Made by a program: the position numbers and the translations under genes. DNA of 53,823 nucleotides, the filler included, from Squatina squatina (taxonomy: Eukaryota): NCBI GenBank assembly GCA_031763465.1. It is 3 parts of 3 records of this genome, joined end to end, with 100 filler letters (N's around TTAATTAATTAA, not from the genome) between each part and the next. Parts side by side here need not be neighbours in the genome. Positions count along the whole stretch, not along the records: positions 20,106 to 39,028 come from JARFOE010000046.1; positions 39,129 to 53,823 come from JARFOE010000219.1; 1 more part is not named here. The stretch is one strand, 5' to 3'. The stretch's first letter is position 1. Every line of letters begins with the position of its first letter. The notes under the pieces were generated by a model. The model was given only the letters and a program-made list of their open reading frames with translations, was not told the DNA's origin and did no database searches. Shown here one piece after another: positions 28,270 through 40,480 of the stretch.

Positions 28270-31200
28270 GTGGGGATGGATGGATGAGTCACTTTTCTTA
28301 TGGTATATGATTGATTGTTATCCAGTACAAGTGCTGTAGTAGTATGGCGAATGTTTCACCTGGATGTGTTTTTGTTTGGGTTTTAAATAAGGTTTGTCGC
28401 AATTTACAGCTTTTGGTACCATAAGAAAATGTGATTAAGCACAATTATTTAAGCACATTTATAACACAATTCTTGCTTTGTTACATTTTTGAGTATCTGT
28501 AGAATAAAATTGAATTACTGGTAACCTGAAAAGCTACTTGCCATATTATAGTCAATGTTCTGAATGTGTTTACACCATTAATGTTGGAAAACTCTTTGGA
28601 TTTTGTGTCCAGATAAAGTAGCTGATTTTTCAGATGTGATAATTTGTAGATAGGGGTTGCCTGTTGCAGCCTAATGCATAATTAACTTAAATTGAAAGGC
28701 TGTTTTCTTGTCAATCCACTTATGGCAAATAGCTTTTCAACTTAGCAATTCAAGTTAACTACTCTTCAAAGAAGCATATGTAACTTCTGTGTCAGAACAA
28801 TTGTGTACATGAGTATTCCTAGCACTGTATTGCAACAATTTCCTTTCATGCATGAGATCTTTTTAAATTTAATCTAGGATTGATAGTTGGGACGAAGGTC
28901 TCTCTGGCTGTGAAAGGAGTTTTTGTTACTGATGCATAAATTCCTCAGCATTAACCACTGGTTTGAGGATAGTACACTTGCTATTTGCATACATAAATGC
29001 TAACTCAAAAAATTCCGTAATGCTAGTAGAAAAGTGTATCAAAATACCTAGTGCAGTTGGAAGTGTTGTGGTTGAGTTTCAGGCAGATTGCCAAAGTAAT
29101 GTGAAGTTAGCATTACATTGCACCTGGCCTGTAACAGACCTAACACAAGAAGTGAATGTGAAGTTGTCATTATTGTTACATCTCATTGGTAAGCATCCTG
29201 CGTGTGTGATAGAAACTTGATGTCTCCAAATTGACCTTAATTTGTTTAGCCTCCAGAATACAAATAGGATCATGGTCAGGGCATTGTTTTGGTACTGACC
29301 GTTGCTCTCTGCTTGCTCTTATTTTGTACTGCATCTTTTTTCTCTTCATTGCAGCAGTTTTGACAGTAAAATTCACAGGAAAAGCTATTAATTTGAAATA
29401 TTGCAAATTTTCAGATTTGAAAATATGGTCTTGGCCAAATGTGTATTCTTCTGTCTTAGCTGATGCCCCCTGCTTACAGGGTTGATACTGTGGGTCTTTT
29501 CTGATGACCAGAAGAGGAAAGGAGTTAGGTCTGTGGAAATTATGGTCTCAGTCTCACCATTTATCTAGTAAGCCAACAAAGCTTCATTCAAGTCAACTAA
29601 TACTCAACTGTATTATCACTCGACGTATTGACTCAATTTTATGTCTACACTTTTTTTAGAAATTGTGAATGGGGAAGAAAAATCACTTGAGCCAGCATAG
29701 TTAATAATATTGCGTTGTGCTGTTTGTATATTGCTAATTCGCCATCACTTCAAATTGCTTATTCGTATAATCAATATTTCACTGTTTAGCCAGAGTAAGT
29801 TGAAGGTCCTCAGAATTCATTGTAGGNNNNNNNNNNNNNNNNNNNNNNNNNNNNNNNNNNNNNNNNNNNNNNNNNNNNNNNNNNNNNNNNNNNNNNNNNN
29901 NNNNNNNNNNNNNNNNNNNNNNNNNNNNNNNNNNNNNNNNNNNNNNNNNNNNNNNNNNNNNNNNNNNNNNNNNNNNNNNNNNNNNNNNNNNNNNNNNNNN
30001 NNNNNNNNNNNNNNNNNNNNNNNNNNNNNNNNNNNNNNNNNNNNNNNNNNNNNNNNNNNNNNNNNNNNNNNNNNNNNNNNNNNNNNNNNNNNNNNNNNNN
30101 NNNNNNNNNNNNNNNNNNNNNNNNNNNNNNNNNNNNNNNNNNNNNNNNNNNNNNNNNNNNNNNNNNNNNNNNNNNNNNNNNNNNNNNNNNNNNNNNNNNN
30201 NNNNNNNNNNNNNNNNNNNNNNNNNNNNNNNNNNNNNNNNNNNNNNNNNNNNNNNNNNNNNNNNNNNNNNNNNNNNNNNNNNNNNNNNNNNNNNNNNNNN
30301 NNNNNNNNNNNNNNNNNNNNNNNNNNNNNNNNNNNNNNNNNNNNNNNNNNNNNNNNNNNNNNNNNNNNNNNNNNNNNNNNNNNNNNNNNNNNNNNNNNNN
30401 NNNNNNNNNNNNNNNNNNNNNNNNNNNNNNNNNNNNNNNNNNNNNNNNNNNNNNNNNNNNNNNNNNNNNNNNNNNNNNNNNNNNNNNNNNNNNNNNNNNN
30501 NNNNNNNNNNNNNNNNNNNNNNNNNNNNNNNNNNNNNNNNNNNNNNNNNNNNNNNNNNNNNNNNNNNNNNNNNNNNNNNNNNNNNNNNNNNNNNNNNNNN
30601 NNNNNNNNNNNNNNNNNNNNNNNNNNNNNNNNNNNNNNNNNNNNNNNNNNNNNNNNNNNNNNNNNNNNNNNNNNNNNNNNNNNNNNNNNNNNNNNNNNNN
30701 NNNNNNNNNNNNNNNNNNNNNNNNNNNNNNNNNNNNNNNNNNNNNNNNNNNNNNNNNNNNNNNNNNNNNNNNNNNNNNNNNNNNNNNNNNNNNNNNNNNN
30801 NNNNNNNAGTTTGTCTTTCTCCCTGTCCCTAGTCGACACTGCTAACTATTTAAGACCTGTTGTAAATATCCATCAAACAGTTGAGATTAAATCAGAGCAG
30901 TCATTTGCTACAGCTGTAATATTTCACTGACACATGGAGAAACTGCAGTACTTTAATGTTGGGGTCCAGAGCAGCTTTTGGTGTGGAGGGGGTGCGGGGA
31001 AAGAGGCAGCAGAAAAGGACATCGCTCGATTAGCTTTCAACTGCTGCTGTAGTTTGAGACTGGCTTAAACTGAGGTGATGGGAATATCTGTTGGATAAAT
31101 GAATATTTGCTGTTGGCAAGTGGGTTCTGTGACAGTTGAGTTATGCTTGTTAATATGGGAAACACTGCCCTCAATTTGGAACCTTTAGTAACCCCACCAA

Positions 31201-32273
31201 TTAGTAAATTGGGCAATAGAATGTGTATTCTTTTTCTCTGGCAAATCATTAACTGACAAAAGTTGTATCTCAACTTGTATGACTTCCAATGAGGAAAGTT
31301 TCTTTTGCCAGTATTTGTAAGACAAAAATCCTAGCATTTTCTTAACTTGACAACTGGAAGATGACTGGCATGTTGGTGTTCCAAGCTGTTAATTAGTTTT
31401 CCACTGCCAGTTTCAGTATGTTGTATCCTATTTGTATATGGAGTTTGAACAAACACGTGCTAATATTATGTCACCGACTGTAGGTATTGTCTTCCTTATT
31501 CTTTGAAAGAAATTGTACTTCCACATAAAGCTTCTGCATTTTGCCTTTTTTGACCTGATGGCATAAGGCAGCTTTTCGAGTTTGGCCTCCAAGCGAGTTG
31601 TAGAACACAAGATGTAGTTCAGAGTGAGGCAGTGTCTAAAAACAATTAAGATCGTATGGTCAAACTGGCTGGTTCTTAAAAGGACTGTTGCAAGTGACTT
31701 CTGTTCCAATAGTTGCATTTATATGTGGAGGTTGAACATCATTCAAAGAATAAAGAATGTTTTCTGTGTGGTGGAGATAATCTAATGTGATTACTAGTTT
31801 GAGATCTACTGAACTGCATCTTGGGATAGAATTGGTTTTGTTCAAACCTTTAAAAGCAGTGTCTGTTGCATTTTAAGAATGCTTCATGATTATTATAGTT
31901 AACAAAATTTGTCTCAAGTTGTCTTGGAAAGTATTAGTAATGGTAAAATGTCATCTAGTATCATTTCATTCCAGAATCTGAACTTGCAACTTGGGAGGTT
32001 TTTTTAAACCATATGATGTAGTGACTTTTCAAAATATCTAATTTTAGTGTTTTATATGGAGGAATGTTCATTTCATTATTATGGGGCTATTCTTAAAATG
32101 TGAGTTTAAAAAAAAAAAAAATTTAAATTTTATAGATGAGGATTTTGGGTTTTAAATATTCATTCTTTGGGCAGTGCATGTTTAGGATACTTCAAATTGC
32201 CAGTGTTACCTTTTGTAACTAATGCACATATTAACTAAGGTAAAATGCTTAAATACACTGCATAATCTTTTAG

Positions 32274-32452
32274 GTATATTGAAATTTTTAAGAGCAGCCG
32301 GGCTGAGGTGCGTACCCATTATGATCCTCCCCGGAAATTAATGGCTGGTCAAAGACCAGGTCCTTATGACAGACCAATGGCTGGGAGAAGTTATGGTATT
32401 CCAAATCGAGGAGGATCGTATGAGAAGATGAGACGTGCAGTGTATGGTGGTG
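32274..32452 (+). CDS. HNRNPH1: hnRNP H1 coding exon (179 bp; GYR domain with PY-NLS)
   Basis: [59 protein letters not shown]; AG/GT bounded. Confidence 0.95.
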
Positions 32453-32841
32453 GTAAGTAAACTGGAGAGAATCTTGATCATGATATTTGAGTATTTTAAT
32501 AGTTCAAGCAGTTTTATAGTAGACCAGTAACTACCTTCCAGGGTAATGCTGAAGGACTGAGTTTATTTGACATTGTATGATTCTAAGCTTGATAAGTTGT
32601 TGTCTTATTCCCATCTACCCATATGTTCTGCTCCTGATAATGGAACATCTAAATTCTGTGTGGAATTTAGTTGTTCAAACCTCTAGTGCTGTAATGCACT
32701 TTCTGCCTGCAGTTTAAGTTGAGCAGTGGCATTTTAGTCCATATTAAATCCATTTGCAATTGAATCTAGTTTATCAGCACCTTGCTATGGTTGTGTTAAG
32801 GATTCATAATTGTGCCATCTAAACATTGAATTTCTCTCCAG

Positions 32842-32922
32842 GTTATGGCAGTTACGATGATTACAATGGATACAATGATGGATATGGCTATGGGTCAGAT
32901 CATGGATTTGGACGTGATCGGG
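32842..32922 (+). CDS. HNRNPH1: hnRNP H1 coding exon (81 bp)
   Basis: GYGSYDDYNGYNDGYGYGSDHGFGRDR; AG acceptor and GTGAG donor. Confidence 0.92.
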
Positions 32923-33003
32923 GTGAGTTTTTGAGCTGGATACTGTAGTAGAACTTTGCAAATGGTTTATAATCAAAAATCTAATGGTTAATATTTTTAA
33001 TAG

Positions 33004-33116
33004 GAATGTCTGGACAAGGCTATGGAAACAGTGAGTCGAGTTTTCAGAGTACAACAGGTCATTGTGTGCATATGAGAGGGCTGCCATTTCGGGCTACAGA
33101 GAATGATATCTGTAAT
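33004..33116 (+). CDS. HNRNPH1: hnRNP H1 coding exon (113 bp; start of qRRM3)
   Basis: [38 protein letters not shown]; AG acceptor and GTAAG donor. Confidence 0.93.
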
Positions 33117-33884
33117 GTAAGTATGTTAAATGTTTCTTATATTTTGCCTGTATTTGTGTTTAGTTGTGTGGGTATGAGCCTTTTTTCTTCTGACATATGC
33201 AGCTGAAAGGACAATCCCAGGTGTGCATGGGTCTCTTCCCTGTGGCCTCCTGCTTTTTTTCCCTTTTAATTAAAGCTACAGGATTTGGGGTGGTTCGCAT
33301 GTAATTTTGCCATCCTAAAGTAGTGCAGATGAGATTCTGGGGAGGGAAGAAGGAAAGGGAATTTCTATGCCTGCCATACCATAGCATCATTGATTTTCTT
33401 TGGAAACATAAACACTGGTTCTTTTATTGAGACTTTCTAAAGTTTAGGTGAACTGACTTAGATTTGCCCAAAGGTATACTTTATTATCCCTATTGACATT
33501 TGGGGCAAAGTTGCCTTATCTGTGGACCTTGAGCTCTTAAAACTTATTACTTTTTTTTGCTTGCATATCCAATTTAAATTTTGTGGACCTGGAGGTCTGG
33601 AAAGAGTTGTTTGGTGTAGACTCGGTGGACGTATCCTATAGAACTGTAGTAACAATTTAAAATACACATGGGTTTAAATTTTGTAGTCTCTGGAGGTCAC
33701 TGACCTGTATCTCTCTAACTCAATAATACAGATTTGGGACTCTCCTCCTTTTGTATACACCTGCGCTGTTCATTCTTCACTAATGCAGTAATTGGTGTGT
33801 GCCACCGCCCACCCCCCCTCCCAAAGACCTGAATCGACTTGTATAAAATTCTTTGAAACTGATTTTGCCTTTATTCTATTTCAG

Positions 33885-34020
33885 TTTTTCTCACCACTGA
33901 ACCCAGTCCGTGTCCACATAGAGATTGGATCTGATGGTAGAGTGACTGGAGAAGCAGACGTGGAGTTTGCCACCCATGAGGATGCTGTGGCTGCTATGTC
34001 AAAAGACAAAGCCCATATGC
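33885..34020 (+). CDS. HNRNPH1: hnRNP H1 coding exon (136 bp; qRRM3)
   Basis: [45 protein letters not shown]; AG acceptor and GTAAG donor. Confidence 0.95.
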
Positions 34021-34097
34021 GTAAGCTGATACATTTATATTGCAATTCACTGGTAATTTTTGTAACATTTATCTGAAGTTCGTTTTTTTTTCTTTAG

Positions 34098-34178
34098 AGC
34101 ATAGATATGTGGAACTCTTCCTGAACTCTACCTCTGGAGGCAGTGGTGCTGCCTATGCAACTCAAATAGCCGCATTGG
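34098..34178 (+). CDS. HNRNPH1: hnRNP H1 coding exon (81 bp)
   Basis: QHRYVELFLNSTSGGSGAAYATQIAAL; AG acceptor and GTAAG donor. Confidence 0.92.
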
Positions 34179-34850
34179 GTAAGTGAAGTTGATATTCACT
34201 AGTCACAATTTAACTTTTATATCTACCCTCAAAAGCTGAGTTGAAAATTAGCAATCTTTAGTTTAGTAATTCTTGGTTGTTAACCTTGGTTTAAAAACAG
34301 TGCCATATTTAACTTTTTTTATGGTAACAATGTGCAACCATTAATATTTGGAAGCCAATGTGGCTTGTAAGTATAGTTGCAAAAGTTTCTTGTAGAGCCC
34401 TGAATGCAAGTGTTTTGATGAGCAGATCTTCTGGCACAAGATTTTTTTGAAATGCACTGTCCTATTGCCATAGTTTCTTAATAGTAAGCCTTCAGATTTT
34501 GGGTTGTTTTTGACATGTCCAGTGCCAAACAGCTTTTGAGTTTGTCATTTTGTTCTTTAAGTGGAAGTTGTTTTGGATACTGGATGAGGAGCAAAATGTT
34601 GCTACATTACTGATTTTAGTCTATTTTCTCATGGTATTCAATTAATGCCAGACTAGTTTCAGTATCCAATTATAGGCACTACATACGTGCAAAGAACATC
34701 CACCTAGAAATAAAACTAAACAGACTAAAAAAGATTTAGTGACCTTGTCAGTAAAGATGTTTTATGACGGGATCAGTAAATGGAACAAGAGTCCTTTGTT
34801 TCCAAGTGACATTGGAGATGACATTTGTATAAAGGCATGTTTGTTTTTAG

Positions 34851-34919
34851 GAAGCCAGTCAAGCTATGCAAGTCCAAGCTATGGTAGTCCAAACAGTCAG
34901 CAGATAAGCACTGGATATG
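34851..34919 (+). CDS. HNRNPH1: hnRNP H1 Gly/Ser/Tyr-rich C-terminal exon, truncated by gap
   Basis: ttgtttttAG then GSQSSYASPSYGSPNSQQISTGY, running into Ns. Confidence 0.8.
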
Positions 34920-35779
34920 NNNNNNNNNNNNNNNNNNNNNNNNNNNNNNNNNNNNNNNNNNNNNNNNNNNNNNNNNNNNNNNNNNNNNNNNNNNNNNNNN
35001 NNNNNNNNNNNNNNNNNNNNNNNNNNNNNNNNNNNNNNNNNNNNNNNNNNNNNNNNNNNNNNNNNNNNNNNNNNNNNNNNNNNNNNNNNNNNNNNNNNNN
35101 NNNNNNNNNNNNNNNNNNNNNNNNNNNNNNNNNNNNNNNNNNNNNNNNNNNNNNNNNNNNNNNNNNNNNNNNNNNNNNNNNNNNNNNNNNNNNNNNNNNN
35201 NNNNNNNNNNNNNNNNNNNNNNNNNNNNNNNNNNNNNNNNNNNNNNNNNNNNNNNNNNNNNNNNNNGCTAGAATTCAGCATAAGCCTTTTCCTAGGTTGA
35301 AGATTCTAGGGTGGTACCAGTGTGTTCATCACATGATTTTAGTTTCAGAGACTTAAGTTTCATTATGTAAGGTATTTTGGCACTAGTTATTGAAATTTGC
35401 ATGTCATATGACCTATTGCATAAGTGCAATGTGCACAAAGTACATTGTATCTTTCAGTCAGTTAAGCCATCTGGATTTGTAATAAATCTTATATCCACTT
35501 AAATTCCCAGTGCTGTTTATGGGATTGGAACCCCAAAATGTTAACCTTAATTGGCTGTGTAGTCTGGTTTACTGTAAAAAAAAAAGTAATGTGTGGTAGT
35601 GCATTAAATATACAACAAAATTATTTGAAACTTAAACATGACAAAACTATAAACACTGAGTGTAAACTGATCAGAACAATTGTGCTTATATTTGTTGCTT
35701 GACTTCATTTTTTTATATTTGTCTAAAAACAAGTCTCTGGTTTACTTTTTTAGAAAGTCAAAATGATGAGAAGTCTATG

Positions 35780-35932
35780 GCAAAATAAAAATTTTAATGT
35801 AGAATTTTTCTTTAGACAGTTGTAGGGTTTAATCTTGAGGTATTAAACATCTGAGACTTCACAGTACCTGACAAAGTCATTTTTGTTCATATTTGTAAGG
35901 TGCAAAGTGAAAATAAACTCACTCAATAAAGC
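35780..35932 (+). promoter_or_regulatory. Probable HNRNPH1 3' UTR polyadenylation-signal cluster
   Basis: Three AATAAA hexamers near 35784, 35912 and 35925, followed by GT/T-rich sequence, downstream of the last visible exon. Confidence 0.5.
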
Positions 35933-36149
35933 TTTGCCGTTTTTAAGTGTGGTGCAGAAATGGCTGTATATATGGCTTTTAACAGTTGTGAATTTTGTAC
36001 TTTATTATAACCATATCTTACTCGAGTTTTCTAATGGAAAATAATTTCANNNNNNNNNNNNNNNNNNNNNNNNNNNNNNNNNNNNNNNNNNNNNNNNNNN
36101 NNNNNNNNNNNNNNNNNNNNNNNNNNNNNNNNNNNNNNNNNNNNNNNNN

Positions 36150-36500
36150 TGGGGTGGTCATCCTTGTAGCAGAGAAGGATGAGAGGAGATTTAAGAGGTG
36201 TTCAAAATCACAAGGGGTCAGGAAAGGGTAGAAAGAAACTTCCCATTGGCAGAGGGGTCAAGAACCATAGGACAATTTATGATTAGCAAAAGAACCAAAG
36301 GTGACAAGAAAAAAAAAAACTTTCTTTACGCAGGTTAAGATTTGGAATGCACTGCCTGAAAAGGTAGTGGACGCAGAATCAATTTTAATCTTTCAAATGG
36401 GAGTTGGATAAGTATCTGAAGGGACAAAAATTGCAGGGCTACGAGAAAAGGGACTAGCTGAGTCAGCACAGGCTCGACAGGCCTTTCTTGCGGTGACTAT
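36150..36500 (+). mobile_element. CR1 LINE 3' fragment
   Basis: CCTTGTAGCAGAGAAGG...TGGAATGCACTGCCTGAAAAGGTAGTGGACGCAG...TTGGATAAGTATCTGAAGG is a decayed CR1 ORF2 end. Confidence 0.7.
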
Positions 36501-38148
36501 GCTATGGCATCTAGTGGAGCTGCTCTCATTTTCAACCACACTCCCTCCTAATTACATACATCTTTATGACATGCTGCTTATAAATCAAGGCCTTGCTTTT
36601 GTGAGTAATGCACAAGCACCAGAGAATTGCAGTGCTTAAAAAAAAACTACAATTTAAGAGACTGTCACTTTGCCACACACTGTTGTAGGCTTATGAAAGC
36701 TAAAACATGCAAAATTGCATTTGGAAATTGATAAATCACATTAATCCAATGCATTCATCGATACTTTAAATCTAAGCAATAGTATCTTTATTCTGGGGCT
36801 GTAGACGGCACCGATGTGACTGCCTCTTGCCCATCCCTAGTAGTCTTCTGGTGGTGCTAAAAGACCCCTTCCGTTAAGACTAAGATTTAAATCTTGGACA
36901 ATTTTCACCTAGATAAATGATAAATCCTAATTGTATAAGGCTCAAAACAAGTTTATGGATTAGAACTTGCGTCAAGATTCAAATATCAGCACCAAAGCAT
37001 ATCACTTAAATGAACAGTTAATTTGGATTACATATACTTAAAGCCGTTGAAAGGGTAAAAGTAAGCATATCCTGTAGTTCTCTGCTGCATGGCTCAAGGT
37101 ACAAAGTCTTTTTTTTGCAGAACAGCAATCTAATGTTTAAAAGTGAAAATTCTAAGAACATTTTACATGGTGGTATGCAAAGCTCAATCAGTCCAGTAGG
37201 AACTAAATCTAAAATCAGAATTTCATTCAAGTGTATCAGACATTAAAAATATGCAAAAAAACATACAGAGAAAGGATTTAATACATTCAGGGCAAAACCC
37301 AGTGCACCAAGTATAAAGAGGAGTCAACTAAATGCATATAATTGTTTTTCACAGACATACTGGTTATCAGGACAGCAGACCCGGTTGCTGCCTTGCAAAG
37401 CTGTTTTGACATTCACAGGGTGCATAAATGAGCTGCACAGCTTTTTATTTCGAGCAGTGTAATGGGCCACATTATTCAATTCATACATGTATATTCCATC
37501 TTATTTTACAGCATCAATACAGGTATTGGAGTTTGTTATCCAAGAAAAGGCACATGGAGCCATAAAAATAGCTTTGAAGTACAAATACAACATTACAGCA
37601 CTGCAAACCTGAAAAACCATTTTTTTTAAACTTCTGCCAAGCTAGATATTTTACATAAATCAATGCTGTATTGACCATAACTTAGTGGAGGATACATCAG
37701 TTTGTATTAGTCATATTATAAAAGATTATACAATCAGTCTTGGCACCACTTTTTTTCTTTAAAAAGCAAAATTGTTTCTTTGGGGTGAAAGAAAAAAGGG
37801 GAAAACAGACCAGGAATACAGTTAATTTAATAACTTGGAAAAGATGACAACATTCCATATTACTATTCTTGACAGCAGATTTGGGTTTGGTCAAAATGTA
37901 ATAAAGGTTGTGTATGATTTTAATATAGAACAAAATATCAATGTTACATTTCAAATATTCCACCTGTAAGTCAATAGATCACTTAATGCAGAACCTTTTG
38001 TTTGGACAGTTACTGAAAATATTCAACTTTGAGCTTCAGAAAAAGATATTGGCAGAAAGAACTTAATTTCTTTAACCACTTTACTGATGCAGTAGAGCTT
38101 AACCAGCTAGCACTGATAGCTTGGCATAATCTTGTTGACTTCATCTCC

Positions 38149-38292
38149 TCAGGAAGCACTTGAAGAACACCTCTGTAGCAGTAGTGTATGGCAAGTGTCA
38201 CAGACCCGCACAGGCTTAGGGTAAGAAGGAAGTGCCATTTCATTACCAGAACAGTTGCTGCAGAAGATGTCACCACAGTTTCTACAGTGATG
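38149..38292 (-). CDS. RUFY1: RUFY1 last coding exon (FYVE zinc-finger C-terminal half; absent from ORF track)
   Basis: AG at 38293-38294. Translates [47 protein letters not shown] versus human RUFY1 [47 protein letters not shown]. Convergent with HNRNPH1 as in human. Confidence 0.93.
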   Translation of the reverse strand, partial: HHCRNCGDIFCSNCSGNEMALPSYPKPVRVCDTCHTLLLQRCSSSAS

Positions 38293-38691
38293 CTTAGAGA
38301 GGTTGGGGGTGGGGAAGAGAAGAAAGAAGATAGTGTTAGAATAAGGTACATTTAAGACAATGTTTATTTGGTGTGTGCCACCCCTGTCACAGATTTTCTT
38401 TCCTCTTCCAAGGCCAGCAACTTAAGCAGAGATACTTTACCACCTTCCTTACCTTGTGCTAGTGGTGTTCTATTTTAGAAAGTGTTGGGAGACTATTAAT
38501 TTGCCCTTGCTCAACATTCAGACATGTCCATTGTTCTAATCTAGGAGCAGAAGCCTTGACTGATTTCCCCCACCATCCCAGTAAAAAGGATAGTAAGACC
38601 AGCTGTAGCAATCTTCCTACCATTCAGTGGACCAGAACTGAATTTGGAACTCTTGATCTGCATAGCTTAGTCACGCAAGAACCTTGACAGT

Positions 38692-39028
38692 CTCAGCTTT
38701 GCCTCAGTGGTAGTACTTTTGTCCGAGTCACAAGGTTGTGGGTTCAAGCCCCACTCAAGAGACTTGTGCACAAAATCTAGGCTGATACTCCTGTACTGAG
38801 GGAGTGCTGCACTGTCAGTGGTGCTGTCTTTCAGATGAGATGTTAAATTGATGCCCTTTCTGCTCTCTCAGGTGGACATAAAAGACCCCATAGCACTATT
38901 TGAAGAAGAGCAGGGAAGTTGTGCCCTGTGCCAATATTTATCCCTCAACCAGCATCACAAAAACAGATTATCTGGTCATTATCACATTGCTATTTATGGG
39001 AGTTTGCTGTGCGCAAATTGGCTGCTGC
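38692..39028 (+). mobile_element. tRNA-derived Deu-domain SINE (SacSINE1-like)
   Basis: Colinear with 22741-23065: CTCAGTGGTAG...GGTTCAAGCCC...GGGAGTGCTGCACTGTC...CTCTCAGGTGGAC. Confidence 0.85.
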
Positions 39029-39128
39029 NNNNNNNNNNNNNNNNNNNNNNNNNNNNNNNNNNNNNNNNNNNNTTAATTAATTAANNNNNNNNNNNNNNNN
39101 NNNNNNNNNNNNNNNNNNNNNNNNNNNN
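39029..39128. other. Artificial scaffold-joining linker (N44-TTAATTAATTAA-N44)
   Basis: Same structure as 20006-20105; the cassette is at 39073-39084. Confidence 0.95.
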
Positions 39129-39447
39129 GCCCCCATCAGAGAGCATCTCAAATCCAGTTGGGGAGAAGGAAAAGTGCATATAAATGATTGATGCACTGTG
39201 CAACACAGATAAGCTTGACGGCGAGGCTCTTATTGCCTGTGTTGCGAGTGTCCTTTTAGCAAACAACTTTCTTGATTTTGAATGTCATGCCTCAAGCAAA
39301 CCACATGATAGGACATTATGCGTGGCCTGAAAAAGGACATGCATGCCTTTCTCTTGCGATAAGTCTACCGTGTGTTTGTGTGAGTGGACGTGATGTTGGG
39401 ATTACAACCGAGTCAGTGAATATGGTAATACCTCTTTTTTGTTCCAG

Positions 39448-39757
39448 GCCGCATGCTCACAATCTTCAATACCCAGGCTCTGATCACAATTGGGGGGAAG
39501 AACAGGAGCCGCCCGTTCCAGGGCCAGATGTCTGGCCTTTACTACAATGGCTTAAAGGTCCTCAACATGGCAGCGGAGAGCCATCCCAACGTCAAGGTCA
39601 ACGGAACCGTGCGGCTGGTGGGAGAGGTGTCCGCAGTGATTGTCAACCAGCCATCGGTGACCCCCTTNNNNNNNNNNCCACCACTATCATGGCGACCACC
39701 ACAACCATGGCAACCACCACAGCCAGGAAGGTCCGAGGAACAATGAAGGTCAACCCG
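39448..39757 (+). CDS. Neurexin exon (end of LNS6 domain plus Ser/Thr-rich stalk); paralogue unresolved
   Basis: [61 protein letters not shown]...[30 protein letters not shown] bounded; an internal short N gap shifts the apparent frame. Confidence 0.92.
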
Positions 39758-39819
39758 GTAATTTCTCTTACCTGTTCTGAACATTGTTTCTTTTTTTGAG
39801 AGGGCGAGGGGCGGTGGTT

Positions 39820-40480
39820 TGTAAGCATGAAGAGCTCTGTGCTGAAATTCCTATATGCACAGGAGAAGGCCATTCAGCCCCTTGAGTCTGTTTCGTCATT
39901 CAATTAGATCATGGCTGATCTGTACCAGAACCTCCATATCCCATGATACCCTTACCTGACAATAATCTTATCGATCCCGGTATGGAAAGCTCCAATTGAC
40001 CCCGAGCACCCACAACCTTTTAGGAGAGAGTTCCAAATTTCCAAAACTCATTGTGTGAATAAGTACTTCCTAATTTCACTCCTAACTGGTCTGGCTCTAA
40101 TCCCCCCATTGAACTCCCTCCGCCAGAGGAAGTCGTCTCTCTATACCTACCCTNNNNNNNNNNNNNNNNNNNNNNNNNNNNNNNNNNNNNNNNNNNNNNN
40201 NNNNNNNNNNNNNNNNNNNNNNNNNNNNNNNNNNNNNNNNNNNNNNNNNNNNNATTCAACAAGATTATGGCTGATCTTCTACCTCAATGCCATTTTCCTG
40301 CACTATCCCCATATCCCTTGATGCCTTTAAATATCTATCGCTCTCTGTCTTGAATGTACTCAATGACTGAGCCTCCACAGCCCTCTGGGGTAGAGAATTC
40401 AAAAGATTCACCACCCTCTGAGTGAAGAAATTTCTGCTCATCCCAGACTTAAATGGCCGACCCCTTATTCTGAGACTGTG
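39820..40480 (-). mobile_element. Two CR1-type LINE 3' fragments separated by a gap
   Basis: CACAGGAGAAGGCCATTCAGCCC...GATCATGGCTGATC tail; the minus ORF 40265-40558 contains RNFFTQRVVNLLNSLPQRAVEAQSLSTFKTESDRYL. Confidence 0.8.

Noticed and set aside
38010-38351. 113-aa minus ORF in the track
   Set aside because: Wrong frame; the real coding frame is the RUFY1 FYVE exon at 38149-38292.
39660-39690. Apparent frameshift in the neurexin exon (pseudogene?)
   Set aside because: It coincides with a short N gap of arbitrary length; both sides are intact.
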